In this document: piece after piece, positions 49,351-60,331 of the stretch
Layout: each line of letters starts with the position of its first letter
Position numbering within the stretch: the stretch's first letter is position 1
Assembly (NCBI GenBank): GCA_050084515.1
Contig: CM114271.1
Coordinates: 47,430,001-47,494,000 of the forward strand
Reading direction: 5' to 3'
From: Blasia pusilla
Taxonomy: Eukaryota
DNA: 64,000 nucleotides
Made by a program: the position numbers and the translations under genes
The notes under the pieces: generated by a model
What the model saw: the letters and a program-made list of their open reading frames with translations, nothing else
The model's database searches: none
What the model was told of the DNA's origin: nothing

Positions 49351-51011
49351 TTTCAGGGATTCCCCTTGAAGCTGAGTTCTGATCTGTGCGTCTTGCGCTT
49401 GCATCATCCTCTACTTGTCTCATCAAGCAAAGGAATCCTTCCTCTAACTCGGCCAAACTCGTCCTCGTGATGGCGTTCACCAACTCCATCTTCCTAGGAA
49501 CCTCACGAACCAATCTGACGTTCGTCCGTTTTCCGTTAACCAAGACGCTCAACCTCAAAGGTCTTCGCCTCAGTTCCACCTCATATGCATCCAAGAATGT
49601 GTTCCCCAAGACTCCGTCGATTCCGTCCATATCGCAAACTGTGAAATTCTCTTTCAACTCAAATACTCCGTATCCCACAACCAGCCCTAAAACCAGATCT
49701 GAAGTCCGGTGGGACTTGGCTCTCGCGAATCCTACCCTAATGGGTTCATCCGCCTTGGTGGTTGGCAATCCCAACGTTTTCACGATTCTCGGACTCAAGA
49801 ATGAGTACGAAGCATACGTATCAACGAGCAACATCACATCGTGATTAGCGATCCTGGATCCTAGGTAAACCAAATCGGGCGTTCTCTTGGTGACTTGGAG
49901 AGATGTATCTAGATCTCCCGCCGATGAGTGCTTAGCAGCAAACGCAATCATACTCGGTTTACTAACCTAGGGCCTAACACATTCCTTAGCCATATGCCCG
50001 GGTTCGCCATAGTTGTAGCAAATCACTTTGGCATTCGTTGACTTCCTGAACGACGGCCCTCTTGGCTTCGCGTTGAGTTCCACTTGTTTCGCTGCTGGGG
50101 CAAGAGACCCCTCCGTGGTCGCGCTCACCCCCATTCCAAACCCTCTTGGATGTCCCTTTGTTTTTCGGTAACTTAGAAAATATTTTTGGCTCAAAGGGTT
50201 TTGGTGTTGGACTTCATCGTCCCCAATACGCTCTGCTAGCCTCAGAAGATCCGCGCATGTCTTTGGGATGTGAGGCATACAAAAGAGGGCCTTTTCGGCG
50301 CTCGATTTGAGTCCACTTAAGAAGATCACCTTTTTCTTATCTTCATCCGAGGAGAGTGCACTCATGAGTGCACTAAACTCTCGCACATAAGCGCCAAGGG
50401 ATCCGCTCTGGCGCAACCTTACAACCTCCATGCCATCGCGATACTCCTGATATTCCAGAGTGAATTGGTTCCCAATCAACTCCTTGAAATCTTCCCAACT
50501 CAACGTTTTCCCACAGCCTAGATGTTCTTTACGCTGATCCGTCCACCAATGGAGAGCGTGATCCTTCAGAAACGTGACCGCTACAGTCACCTTGTCTTGT
50601 TCATCTGCCTTTTGCGCTTTGAAATAAAGTTTTGAGTTCCGTTAGAAACTCGCTCACTTTCCGAGAATGCCCCATTCTTGTGAATGGCGTTGGCAAATTT
50701 GTCTTACAAAGCTTCTTGCCGGAACTAGAGGCTCCATCTGACTTGAATTCCATTATCACCTTGCTTTGTTCGGCCATCTGGTCCGCCATCACCTTCATCA
50801 ATCCCATCATTTGGACATAAAAGGCTGGATCGTTTGAGTTCGGAACCGAAGGTCCCGCGGAAAGATGTTCGGTTGGAACATCCTCATGTCTGGGACTCGG
50901 CACTTCGGGAGTCGCAATTTCCACCTCAAGCTTTTGGTCCGTCATTGATTCGTCTCTCGAATTTTTTGCTTTAACTCCCGATTTCCTCCGTTCTTCGCCC
51001 TTGGTCGCCAT
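49351..51011 (-). pseudogene. gag-protease of the nested gypsy element (frameshift ~50600, stop at 49967-49969)
   Basis: AVTFLKDHALHWW...SWEDFKELI...LRQSGSLGAYVREF (gag). Degenerate zinc knuckle CYNYGEPGHMAKEC. Protease LLVDTYASYSFLS...IDGVLGNTFL. Confidence 0.85.
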
Positions 51012-52143
51012 TTGCGAGTCTTCACTTTCTCAAATCTCCTCCTCGCCTCTTGCGTTCCTCCTCGGGCGTCGCGGTCTTCCGGCTACCTTGAGTTCTCCCC
51101 AAACGTCCACATCTTCTACGACCCCAAGTTCACGCTCATCAAGGTTTAGTTATGATACCACGGGTCCTGCGCCTACTCTCCTTGAACGTTAATCTTGTTG
51201 TTGCGGAAGCGTGCGTTCAGTAGGTCACGCTCTCAACGGTGATCTGCATCCAAATACGCACTGTGGCTAGTCGGGTCTTGGATCAATCAGCGGGCTAACT
51301 TTCCGAGTTCTCGTCTCGGACTCTCATCAAGCTCAACCTTCCTAGTTTCGCGATTTACAACACGGGCAAGTCTCGGAAGACTTGGGACAGACTTTCTGGT
51401 CGGTTCAAGAACCTGAAACAACATTTCGCGCTTGGCGATTCCAACTGTCTGATGGAAATCCAATGAGTTCCTCACCAAGACTCGCACGAAGTGAATCTGG
51501 GGTTGGAATCCAAGTGTGGCGTACAAAGTCCACTCCCTTGGATGAGGTTTGGGTTTCGAGTTCCAACGCCAAACTCCCGTTCCATCGCGTGCCTCTGAAA
51601 CGCCGTTTGGCACTCAAAGTGAGGATTCATGTTCTGAGACATCTCCTACATTAAGGGAAAGACACCTGGGCCTCTCCAATTGGCTCTCAACCGGATTGCT
51701 CTCACAGTCGTGTTTGGCCAATATCTCAGCCTGTACTTATGCTTTTTCTAAGATCTTTGATGAGTTGGAAGCGTCTCAAGATAAGTTTTCCAACGCGCCC
51801 TTACTTGTTCCAAACGCATTTTGGAGCTCAACGTTATGGTCCTAGACACAGTCAGATTCTTGAAACGCTAGTCGTGTTCCAAACTGGTTCTCACCTCTTT
51901 GGCAACCAAACTCCCAAGACTCAACTCATCTCAAGTCTTGGCTCACGTTTGGTCTAGGTTTCTTGGTCGCGACCACTAACCCATGAAACACACAACTTTG
52001 TTCCACGTTACGTCTCTTAGACTTTTCCAAGAGACCTTTCCAAACGCCTCTCCTAAGCGCAAACCTCGCAGCGTGAGTTCACTTGAGTTCTGATATTTCG
52101 CTTGGCGCTTATTTGGTGTTGTTTGGTTATGAGGGTCGCGACA
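49351..52143 (-). mobile_element. Nested, inverted, 3'-truncated Ty3/gypsy element (LTR start, gag, aspartic protease)
   Basis: The minus strand starts TGTCGCGAC at 52143, with a PBS-like TGGTATCA at ~51160-51153. gag and protease follow, and the element is cut off before RT. Confidence 0.8.
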
Positions 52144-53390
52144 GCTTGGGAGAGGGAAGGGGGTATACCTCCAAGAGAGAGAGCTTGAGAGCTCATTCTC
52201 TCTTTGTTGAACCTCTTGGCATGAGGCGGCGGAGCTATGGTCTTGCTTGCCTTGCGTGTGTAACCCAAGCCTCTCATTAGGAGAATGGGTTTGGTTTGAT
52301 ATTGAGAGACATATGTGAGAGTGCACACATGTGAGAACTATAGTGTTGTGAGAGAGATTTGATCTTACTTTACAAAGAGAGAATGAGAGAATGAGAATGA
52401 GAGAGCTTTATGGGGGAGCTTGCTGGTCGCTCGCTGTTTTTTCAGGTTGGGGACCGTGTTTCCCGTTTAGCGGCTCATGGAATTGCTCACCAGAGCAAGG
52501 GCTGCTTTGATTGTTTTTTGCATTTGCCGATTTTTCGTGTGGAAGAGTGGCACGGGGAAGCGCTGTCCAATTTTTGATAGGGATTGATTATGGGGACAGG
52601 TTGCCCTATGTCGGTGCTCTCGGGAGCACCATGTAGCTTGCTGATTTGTATTTTTATAGGTTTTACATTTCCGTTGGGAGAAATCAGCATGGAAGCGATG
52701 CCAAATTTTGTGTAGCAGAAAGAGACATTGGGGTTTACCACAGTCCCTGTCAGTTTTTACTGAAATGTCTCATTCTAAATATTTTTTGACATTGTCGTAG
52801 ATCGTGAAGTTATGCAAGCTATGCAATTTGGAGTTGCGAGAACAAATTTATGGTCATCGATCTACTCGAGTTCTTTGAGTGAAATCCGTGAAAGACATAG
52901 TGTCATAAAACACGCATTAAATCACATACAATCAAGCCAAACCCACACCACGATGGGAGAATCCAGGTTGAAGCTTGCGCGAACCATCATAGCCAAGAGC
53001 TCTACTCACTACCAAGGTTAACTCCCAAGGCAAAAGGCTCAACTCAAAGAACTAACTGTTCTTTGAGTGCACTCCACACTATATCCTCCAACCCATGAGC
53101 GGGCCCTACTGGAAAAGTCACCCTCAACTGAGTAACCCCCAACCCTATGTATGAAACCGCATCTCTACCTAGACACTATGGCCCCACATAAGGTATGGCC
53201 TCTACTAGCACACTTTACTCTACGACATAATTTGTATGGTCATGACAACCGGGGTAGAGGATCGCGTAGGTTTTCAGGTGCAGTAGGCACGATTGAGTTG
53301 CACAATTTCATAGCATAGTTAAGGAGTTCGTGCGACTCCCAACCGACCTGGAACTCTTGAGAGTTCAATCTGCTTAGAGCATGGAACGGT

Positions 53391-54300
53391 ATGTTCCAAC
53401 ATTTAAAGGGGCGCCCATGGATGAATACCATGAGTTCTCTCAAAGATATGCATGTGAGATCGAGGCGTGGAGGCTCTATTATGACCCACATTATGTGTCA
53501 TGAACGGAGCCGTTCTCAGATGAGGAGGAGGAGTCAGGAGAGGCTACTTCCTCTTCCACTAGTGACATTTTAAGAGGGGTGACTTGCACTAGAGCAGTTG
53601 CATCGTCTAGTCGGGTTCATCCTAGGTTCAACCATGTGGTTGAGTTCTTTGCTGAGTTGAGGGCGAGCTACCAAGGGGTACGGACGGAGAAGTTGCGGAG
53701 CATCCACGACTTCCAGAGGCGCCAATGTGAGAGTTTGCGTGAGGCTTACACTCGCTTGCGTCGGTTGATCAACGTCACTCAGGGGTGACAGAGGCTGAGG
53801 CTATCCAATCATGGTATGCGATGTTGGACCGGACCCTACGGACACAAGTGCCGGATGGGATGCTTCTTATGAACACCTCCCCTACGTTGAGAGATTTTTT
53901 TAGGACCGTCGAGAACATTGAGCGCAAGATGGCGGAGGACAGCGTAGCCACCATGGGTTTTGGGCGAGAGTAGTCATGATTGGCTGCACCACGTGTGCAG
54001 CAACGTGGACTTCGAGATAGGTCGACTGTGGCACCACGAGCTCAGGAAGGATATTAGGAGGCCGTGCCACAGAGACCTGTGCCTTCATATGCGGCTCAGC
54101 AGCAACGGCCTACTATTACTTGTTGGTCATGTGGTGTAGCCCATCATCAACGCGGTTGAACTTGTCAGGGTCGTGGATGTGTGCCTCAGCATGGAGGAGG
54201 AGATGATGGTGGACCATGAGGTTATCCGTGTGACTATTATTAGAGGTATGGTCATACACGCGCCAAGTGTTTCAGTTTACATCATGAGTTACATCCAGAC
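53391..54300 (+). pseudogene. gag of the DNMT-bearing retrotransposon (disrupted)
   Basis: FFAELRASYQG...FQRRQCESLREAYTRLRRLI is a retrotransposon gag-like signature. Two degenerate zinc knuckles: CWSCGVAHH (~54121) and CDYY*RYGHTRAKC (~54229). Confidence 0.65.
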
Positions 54301-55061
54301 CAAGGGCCAGAGAGGGCACTAGAGCGAGTAGCCGGTCCGGGTAGGTCTAGAGATCGTGCACCAGGTGGTCCCGTTGGGGGACGAGGAGCTGGAGTTGCCC
54401 GACAGGGTGATAGAGCTACCCGTGGAGGAGGTAGAGTACCACCACCTAGACGCGTCGAGGAAGACGCCGGACATGAGGCTGTGATGGCTCCTTAGATACA
54501 ACAGCTAGAAGAGCAGATTGCCGCTATGGCATTGAGGTTACCCGATGTCGGATCCATGGCATTGACATCATATGGAGGAGTTAGAGATATGGAGGATCCT
54601 GGTTGGATGTGCGGGGTTGCCGAGATGAAGGCCGCCGTAGTTGTGATGCGTGGAGCAGCCGTAGAGTTGGATCCACAACGAGGGGAAGCCAGAAAATAGA
54701 CTAGGCTTCCTCAGTCCTTCACGTTATCCGAAGCGATGAGGATCCCATCGATGGATCCTCATAAAAATCCTGGAGAATTGGTGTTGTTGTTGGTGTGCAA
54801 GCACGGAGGGCGATTGGAGAAGTGAGTGCGATGACGCTTCTTGTTGATATTCAGGAAGGGCATGTGTTGAGCACGTTGTTGGGGGCGGTCATTGTTGTGT
54901 ACCGCACTCCTTTATTTTATGCTTTCGATGTTATGATGTTGGGGGGTACGCCTGCCGAGGATTTTCGGCTGGCCGCTTCACAATGTGAGCGCCGAGTTGG
55001 AGTTCTTGCATCATGTTCAGAGATGATTGCAGAGGAGGTGCTAGACCTGCCCTTGGAATAG

Positions 55062-55514
55062 ATGCTCCGGCCGTCCACGTCAGATTCATGGCAGGCTGCG
55101 GCTGCTAGGATGGCGGAGATGCCCGCTAGACCCGTGATAGAGCCTACCATGGCTTCTCCTGATGTTGTGTTGCTGGATAACCGAGGAAAGGTCTTCCAGT
55201 TGGTGAGTCCCAGAGGTAGAGCTTTTAGTTCGCAACGCGTCTTGTTGGATTCAAGAGCACAACCCCTGATGTTGGGGAAAGCGTCATTCAAAGGATTGGG
55301 CTTGACGAGAGCTGATGTGGAGCGTTGTTCATTTCGGATACATACATCCTTGGGTGGAGCGAGTACCACACAGTATATCACCCGACAAGAGGTCATGGTG
55401 AGGATTCGCCCGGGACATTCTACAAATGAGTCTGTGGTGCGAGCCAAGGCGATAGTGATTGATCCAAAGTCCTATGACGTCCTGTACCCGATGGGGTTTT
55501 CCTTGGATTACTAG
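55062..55514 (+). pseudogene. Retroviral-type aspartic protease (catalytic DSG appears as DSR)
   Basis: RVLLDSRAQPLMLG at ~55236-55277 and downstream SYDVL. Same frame as the methyltransferase. Confidence 0.75.
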
Positions 55515-55934
55515 GAGGAGTGAGCGTCCTATAGACCAAGATGGCAGTCAGGTGATGGGCGCCTTAGCTCATTACCCGTTCGATTCACAGGTGCATTGAT
55601 CGAGCGACGGCCAGGAGAGGTGGTGACCTTAGCAGCATTTAGCAGTGCCATCACTTGGCCTAGTGATGTGATTGAGGGACATGTCCATGCAGAGGATACT
55701 CCCGTTTCTGATATGTTTATGGAGAGGAATGTTATGGTAGCCCCATCATTGCGTGGAGGAGAGGTGTCGTTGTGGGGCTCGACTGAGGAGCTTCAATGAT
55801 TGGTAGATGAGCACGTGCAGACCGCGTGGAGCGAGGCGTTTGCACCGGAGCGTGATGGGTCTGAGGAACCCGAGGTAGCAAGGAGTGCTACGATGACACC
55901 CTTGGATACCACACCCATTGCGTTGTGTATCCTA

Positions 55935-56885
55935 GAGGAGGGTATTCGAGTGTCAGATCTCTTTGGAGGGATTAGCACCGGGTTAGTTGTTGTTTTGCAG
56001 GCAGGACTGCGAGTGCAGCAGTACATGTATGTGGAGAGTGATGATGTAGCAAGGCGCGTCTCACTATGACATGTGGGGCAGATACGCCTACGTTTTCCCG
56101 ACTTATTGTCTGCATCCGCGGTAAAGGGATACCAGAGTTCCCTACCCAGGGATATTTCATTGCCGGGGGCGCAGGACTTAGAACGGGTAGGGACCATTGA
56201 TTTGGTCATTTCCGGTTGGCCATGTCAGGGCCAATCGAGTGTTGGACAAGGCAGCGGGTTGGCTGACACTCAATCCACGTTGTGTTGGGAGATGTTGAGG
56301 GTCTTATGGTAGTTGCAAAAGCACTAGTCTCCTTCTCCAGCCTACATTCTAGAGAATGTTCCGATCTTAGGAGACTCCATGTCACGGGTGGTGACGAGTG
56401 CTCATCAGGTGCGTGCCTAGATTGGCCCAACCTTGTTCTTGGATGCGGCAAGTGTAGGTTCTAGAGCCCATCGCCAGCGTCTATGGTGGACCAACTTGGT
56501 ACCCCATACGATGTTACGGAGGGCGTAGGCGAGAGTGGAGCGCCCCTCCCATTTGTTAGTGGATTCCATTGTGGATCCAGGTTGTCGATCACAAGCAGTG
56601 AGGCACGATGATCGACCACCGTTGACTATGGTCAACAGGGTAGGCAGGCCGCAGGTAGCCTTGCCCACGTTTGTGAGTTTTTTCGCTTCCTATGCATACA
56701 AGGAGGCAAGTCCTGGCTTGGTTTGGGATGACCAGGTTCAGCGGTTGGTGGAGCCCAACGTCGACGAGAGAGAGCGAGCGATGGGATTTCCCATAGGAGT
56801 GACGGCAGTACTGTTAGTGTCAGAGGCATCACGACACCATGTCTTGGGTTAGGAAAGGACCTGAACTGCTTGACATGGATCCTCA
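55935..56885 (+). pseudogene. C5-cytosine DNA methyltransferase domain within the retrotransposon polyprotein (six in-frame stops, no frameshift to 56852)
   Basis: One frame gives motif I DLFGGI (55956), motif II YVESD, motif IV DLVISGWPCQG (PC at 56220-56225), motif VI YILENV (56352), motif VIII AHRQRLWW (56472), motif IX ERERAMGFP (~56781) and motif X VLG* (~56850). Confidence 0.92.
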
Positions 56886-57299
56886 CCTTGGGAGTGGTTG
56901 AGCAGCGCCGTATGAGATCGTGACAGATCACAACGGTTGTGTTGGTGAGCCCCATGCCTACTGAGACGCTGGAGGCAGTGGCTGGTGGCGAGACCCGAGG
57001 AGATCTACACACCAGTGGAGATTGGGAGAGACACCCTTGGACTTCTTCGGATGTTTTGCAGATACGCTAGGAGATGATAGCCACAACATCGAGCGTGGTT
57101 CTGGGCAATGCACATGGAGGAGATCAAAGTTTGCATTTGGCTACAGGAGAGCGTCCGAGTGTTATTGTTGGAGACAAGGTTGCACCACTGATACCCGCGT
57201 CGGAGAGTCCTACCGTAGTCACGATGGAGACTTTGGAGCCAAATACGGGCCCTAAGAGGAGAGCGGCGCCGGATACATCAGTTCCTCAGGAGTTATAGG

Positions 57300-57590
57300 A
57301 GCTGCTTTGCGTTTAGCATGGAGGATTTGGGTACGCTGAAGGGACCGGGGATCCGCATTGAGTTGTCGAGTGATATGTTGATCTTCCGATGACCCTAAAG
57401 GTATAGTGATATGGAGAGGGCTCTGATTTAGAGTATGAGCCAAGAGTTGGTTGGAGCAAGACTAGTGGAGATGTCGCATGGGAAGTATGCATCTGCCAAT
57501 GTCATGCCCGCCAAGAAGGATGTGCATGGCAACTGGACAGATAGACGGATATGTGGGGATTACCGACCTATCAATCGGCAGACGAAGTCT
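57300..57590 (+). pseudogene. N-terminal reverse transcriptase remnant; the YxDD core and RNase H are missing (internal deletion)
   Basis: FAFSMEDLGTLKG...GKYASANVMPAKKDVHGNWTDRRICGDYRPINRQT is a gypsy RT N-terminal signature. The sequence then jumps to integrase within ~160 bp. Confidence 0.85.
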
Positions 57591-57749
57591 TGGAGTGCCT
57601 TGGTACTGGCAGCGTTGCGAGCACCGTGCTAGAGAGCGGGATCGGATCCTACATTAGGACAGACGGTTCCGTTGGGAGGGGACATATGTTTTGAGGGTTT
57701 GGGAGGATGGTAGAGTATGCTTAGTGCCGCATCCTTCGCAGAGACCATG

Positions 57750-58790
57750 ACTAGTGCAGCATGCCTACGAAGAGTTTGGTCACTTTGGGGTGAAACGGAC
57801 GTACAACTTGCTCCAGATTGAGTATTGGTGGCGAGGCATGCATACTAACGTTCAACAATTTGTTGCCATGTGCATGGTGTGTGATCGGGTCCGAGCATCG
57901 TTCAATGCTCCAACTCCATAGTTGCATCCATTACCGATCACGGGCTTAGGATATAGATGAAGTTTGGATTTTGCCAAAGACCTTTTCCTTTAACGGAGCG
58001 TCACAGTCGTTATGTGTTGGTGATGGTCGAGCACTTCTCAAAGTGGATCGAGTTGGTTGCATTTTCTGACAAAGCAAGTGAGGGAGTAGCTTATGCCTTC
58101 CTTGACGGAGTGTTGAGTCATTATGGCGCATCGGCTGAGGTGTTGATAAACCAGGGTACCGAGTTTCGCGGTGAGTTCCAAGCCTTGTGTGATCAGGCGC
58201 AGATCGACCACAACACGACTTCGCGAGATCAACGCGAGTCGGATGGATTAGCGGAGAGAGTTGTGCAGACGGTGAAGAGGGGTTTACGCAAGTATGGCTT
58301 GCAACGAGGTCACCTAGGAGATTGGGACCTCTAGTTTCCATTGTTGGCGATGGGATACAAATTCAGCATGCAAGCATCCTTAGTGTCTTTTTCACCGTAC
58401 TTGCTACTTTATGGCCGAGAGCAAGATTTACCTACGGCCATTCGTCGAGATGCTGGTGAGGTGCTGGACCTTGATGATCTAGATGTATGGATGCAAGCAT
58501 TTCTGAGAGGGCTGAGTTGTTTCGGAGAGTGATGCCAATGGCGTTCGAGAACTTGGCAATTGCGCAACATCGGGATACGTTGAGGTATGCGACTGTTCGC
58601 GGTGGTGATTATCGACCAACTATCCGGAGGTTTCATCAGGGAGATTATGTCTACTTGCAGGAGACAACATCGACGACGTTGGATGTGACCGCATGGTGCA
58701 CTATCCTGAGAGTGCGTGACGTTTTGCCATCCGGTGTCCTCTTGCTGGAGGGACGCGGTGGTATGGTATGGAAGGACCATATGCGTAATT
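57750..58790 (+). pseudogene. Integrase (zinc-binding region plus DDE core), disrupted
   Basis: GHFGVKRTY...YWWRGM...CMVCD...LHPLPI...SLDF...YVLVMVEHFSKW...NQGTEF...DGLAERVVQTVK...FSPYLLLYGRE. Confidence 0.92.
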
Positions 58791-58863
58791 GTGTGCGCCA
58801 TGTCACCTCCCTAACATTGATGGTACAATAGATCCGATCTCTGCAATAGTTCGTGCAGGCTTG

Positions 58864-59007
58864 TGTTGTATGTTGTGTGGTTTTGCTCGAGGTGCGGCCA
58901 TGATGCTATTCTGTGATGGATGTTCGAGAGGTTGGCATATGGCATGTCTGACGCCACCTCTCACTAGGGTTCCTCGGGGACGATGGATGTGTCCCAGATA
59001 TACATAG
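58864..59007 (+). pseudogene. PHD finger at the polyprotein C-terminus (last Cys appears as Tyr)
   Basis: [45 protein letters not shown] has the C4HC3 pattern with the typical CLxPPLxxVPxGxWxCP. Confidence 0.9.
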
Positions 59008-59322
59008 AGGAAATACTAGGTAGGTTTCAATTCCGACTTTTTCGGTGACATGGATGATAGGAAGGCAACTAATGATGGGGCCACATGAGCATCCGACCTT
59101 TCTCCTCTTAGCGTCCTTGAGATGTATGTGGTGGTAGGTAGGGATAGATGGCTATCTGGAGTTAGAGGAACCTAACCACCAACTAGGCGGCAATTGGAGA
59201 TATTTTGGTACTTCTCGCCTCTGTGTATGGATACCATGAGTTAGCATGGGATCGTGTGTGTTTGTATGTGTGTTCGATGAGAACGATGTATGTTGTGTAG
59301 CGATGTGTATATGCACGACTGC

Positions 59323-59839
59323 TGTCACGACTATTAGGATAGATCGGCGGGATCTAGCAGAGTATCTGCACGAGTAGTGTAGGACATGTCCAGTAGGTCG
59401 AGGATGACCTGATGAGGTCCCCGGAAACCTGAGAGAGCAGGTTTTCCCTTTGTTTCGGCTCATTTGGAGCCATATAGAGAAATTTACTATTTTGGGTAAG
59501 TTTCCATGTTGGGGATTATTGACTTTCCATTTTGGGAAGTGGCCCTTGACCCGCTACAACAGATCAAGAGCCAAGGAGGTGACCTGCGAACATAGGTTAC
59601 CGTTGAGAGGGTTTGGGAGGGGGAAGGGGGTATACCTCCAAGAGAGAAAACTTGAGAGCTCATTCTCTCTTTATTGAACCTATTGGCATGAGGTGGCAGA
59701 GCTATGGTCTTGCTTGCCTTGTGTGTGTAACCCAAGCCTCTCATTAGGAGAGTGGGTTTGGTTTGACATTGAGAGACACACGTGAGAGTGCACACATATG
59801 AGAACTATAGTGTTGTGATAGAGATTTGATCTTACTTTA
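59323..59839 (+). repeat. 3' LTR, truncated after ~517 bp
   Basis: Starts TGTCACGAC and is colinear with the 5' LTR halves. It retains 40 bp (59571-59610) that the 5' LTR lost. Confidence 0.85.
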
Positions 59840-59965
59840 TTGGAGATATTTTGGTACTTCTTGCCTCTGTGTATGGATATTATGAGTTAGCATGGGATCG
59901 TGTGTGTTTATGTGTGTGTTCGATGACAACGATGTATGTTGTGTAGCGATGTGTATGCGTATGAG

Positions 59966-60331
59966 AAGCCCGCGAATGATAGAAATTAATGATGTTGCAC
60001 ATACATTTATTTTTTTCTTGCACCCCCTAGCAGGGGAAATTTTTTTTGCTGCCCAGTTGCCACGTGTCAAACAAAGAGGTGTTTGCAAACAAGAAGACAT
60101 TCTCCCATAATAATATAGATAAGGTACCCGTGCGATGCACGAGAAATAAAAAAGTGTTTGAAGATCTAGTGTACAGCCCGTGAAGGGAAGAGATAACGAT
60201 GCTACATATAAATTCAATTTTTATTTTTTTTTGTCGGTTGTAATGAAACATTTTCCTGCCGCCCAATTACAACATGTCGAGTAGAGAGGTGTTTGCAAAT
60301 GAAGAAAGCACTCTCCTATAATAATATAAAT
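59966..60331 (-). mobile_element. Remainder of the split family-A Helitron-like copy (59966-60119) plus a head-to-tail second unit (60120-60331)
   Basis: Junction ...cccataataatataga|taaggtacccgtgcgatgcacgag... has the same form as the one at ~43895. Confidence 0.7.

Larger units (their letters stand above)
49103..53247 (+). repeat. 5' LTR (~1.4 kb originally), interrupted at 49351-52143 by a nested element
   Basis: Termini TGTCATGAC (49103) and GTCATGACA (53247) are TG...CA with a 9-bp inverted match. Both halves align to the 3' LTR. Confidence 0.75.
49103..59839 (+). mobile_element. Decayed Ty3/gypsy-type LTR retrotransposon: LTR-gag-protease-C5 DNA methyltransferase-RT (deleted)-integrase-PHD-LTR
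   Basis: LTR similarity between 49103-49350 plus 52144-52372 and 59323-59839 (18 differences in the first 248 bp by hand count). Domain order PR-RT-IN is gypsy-like. Confidence 0.9.
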
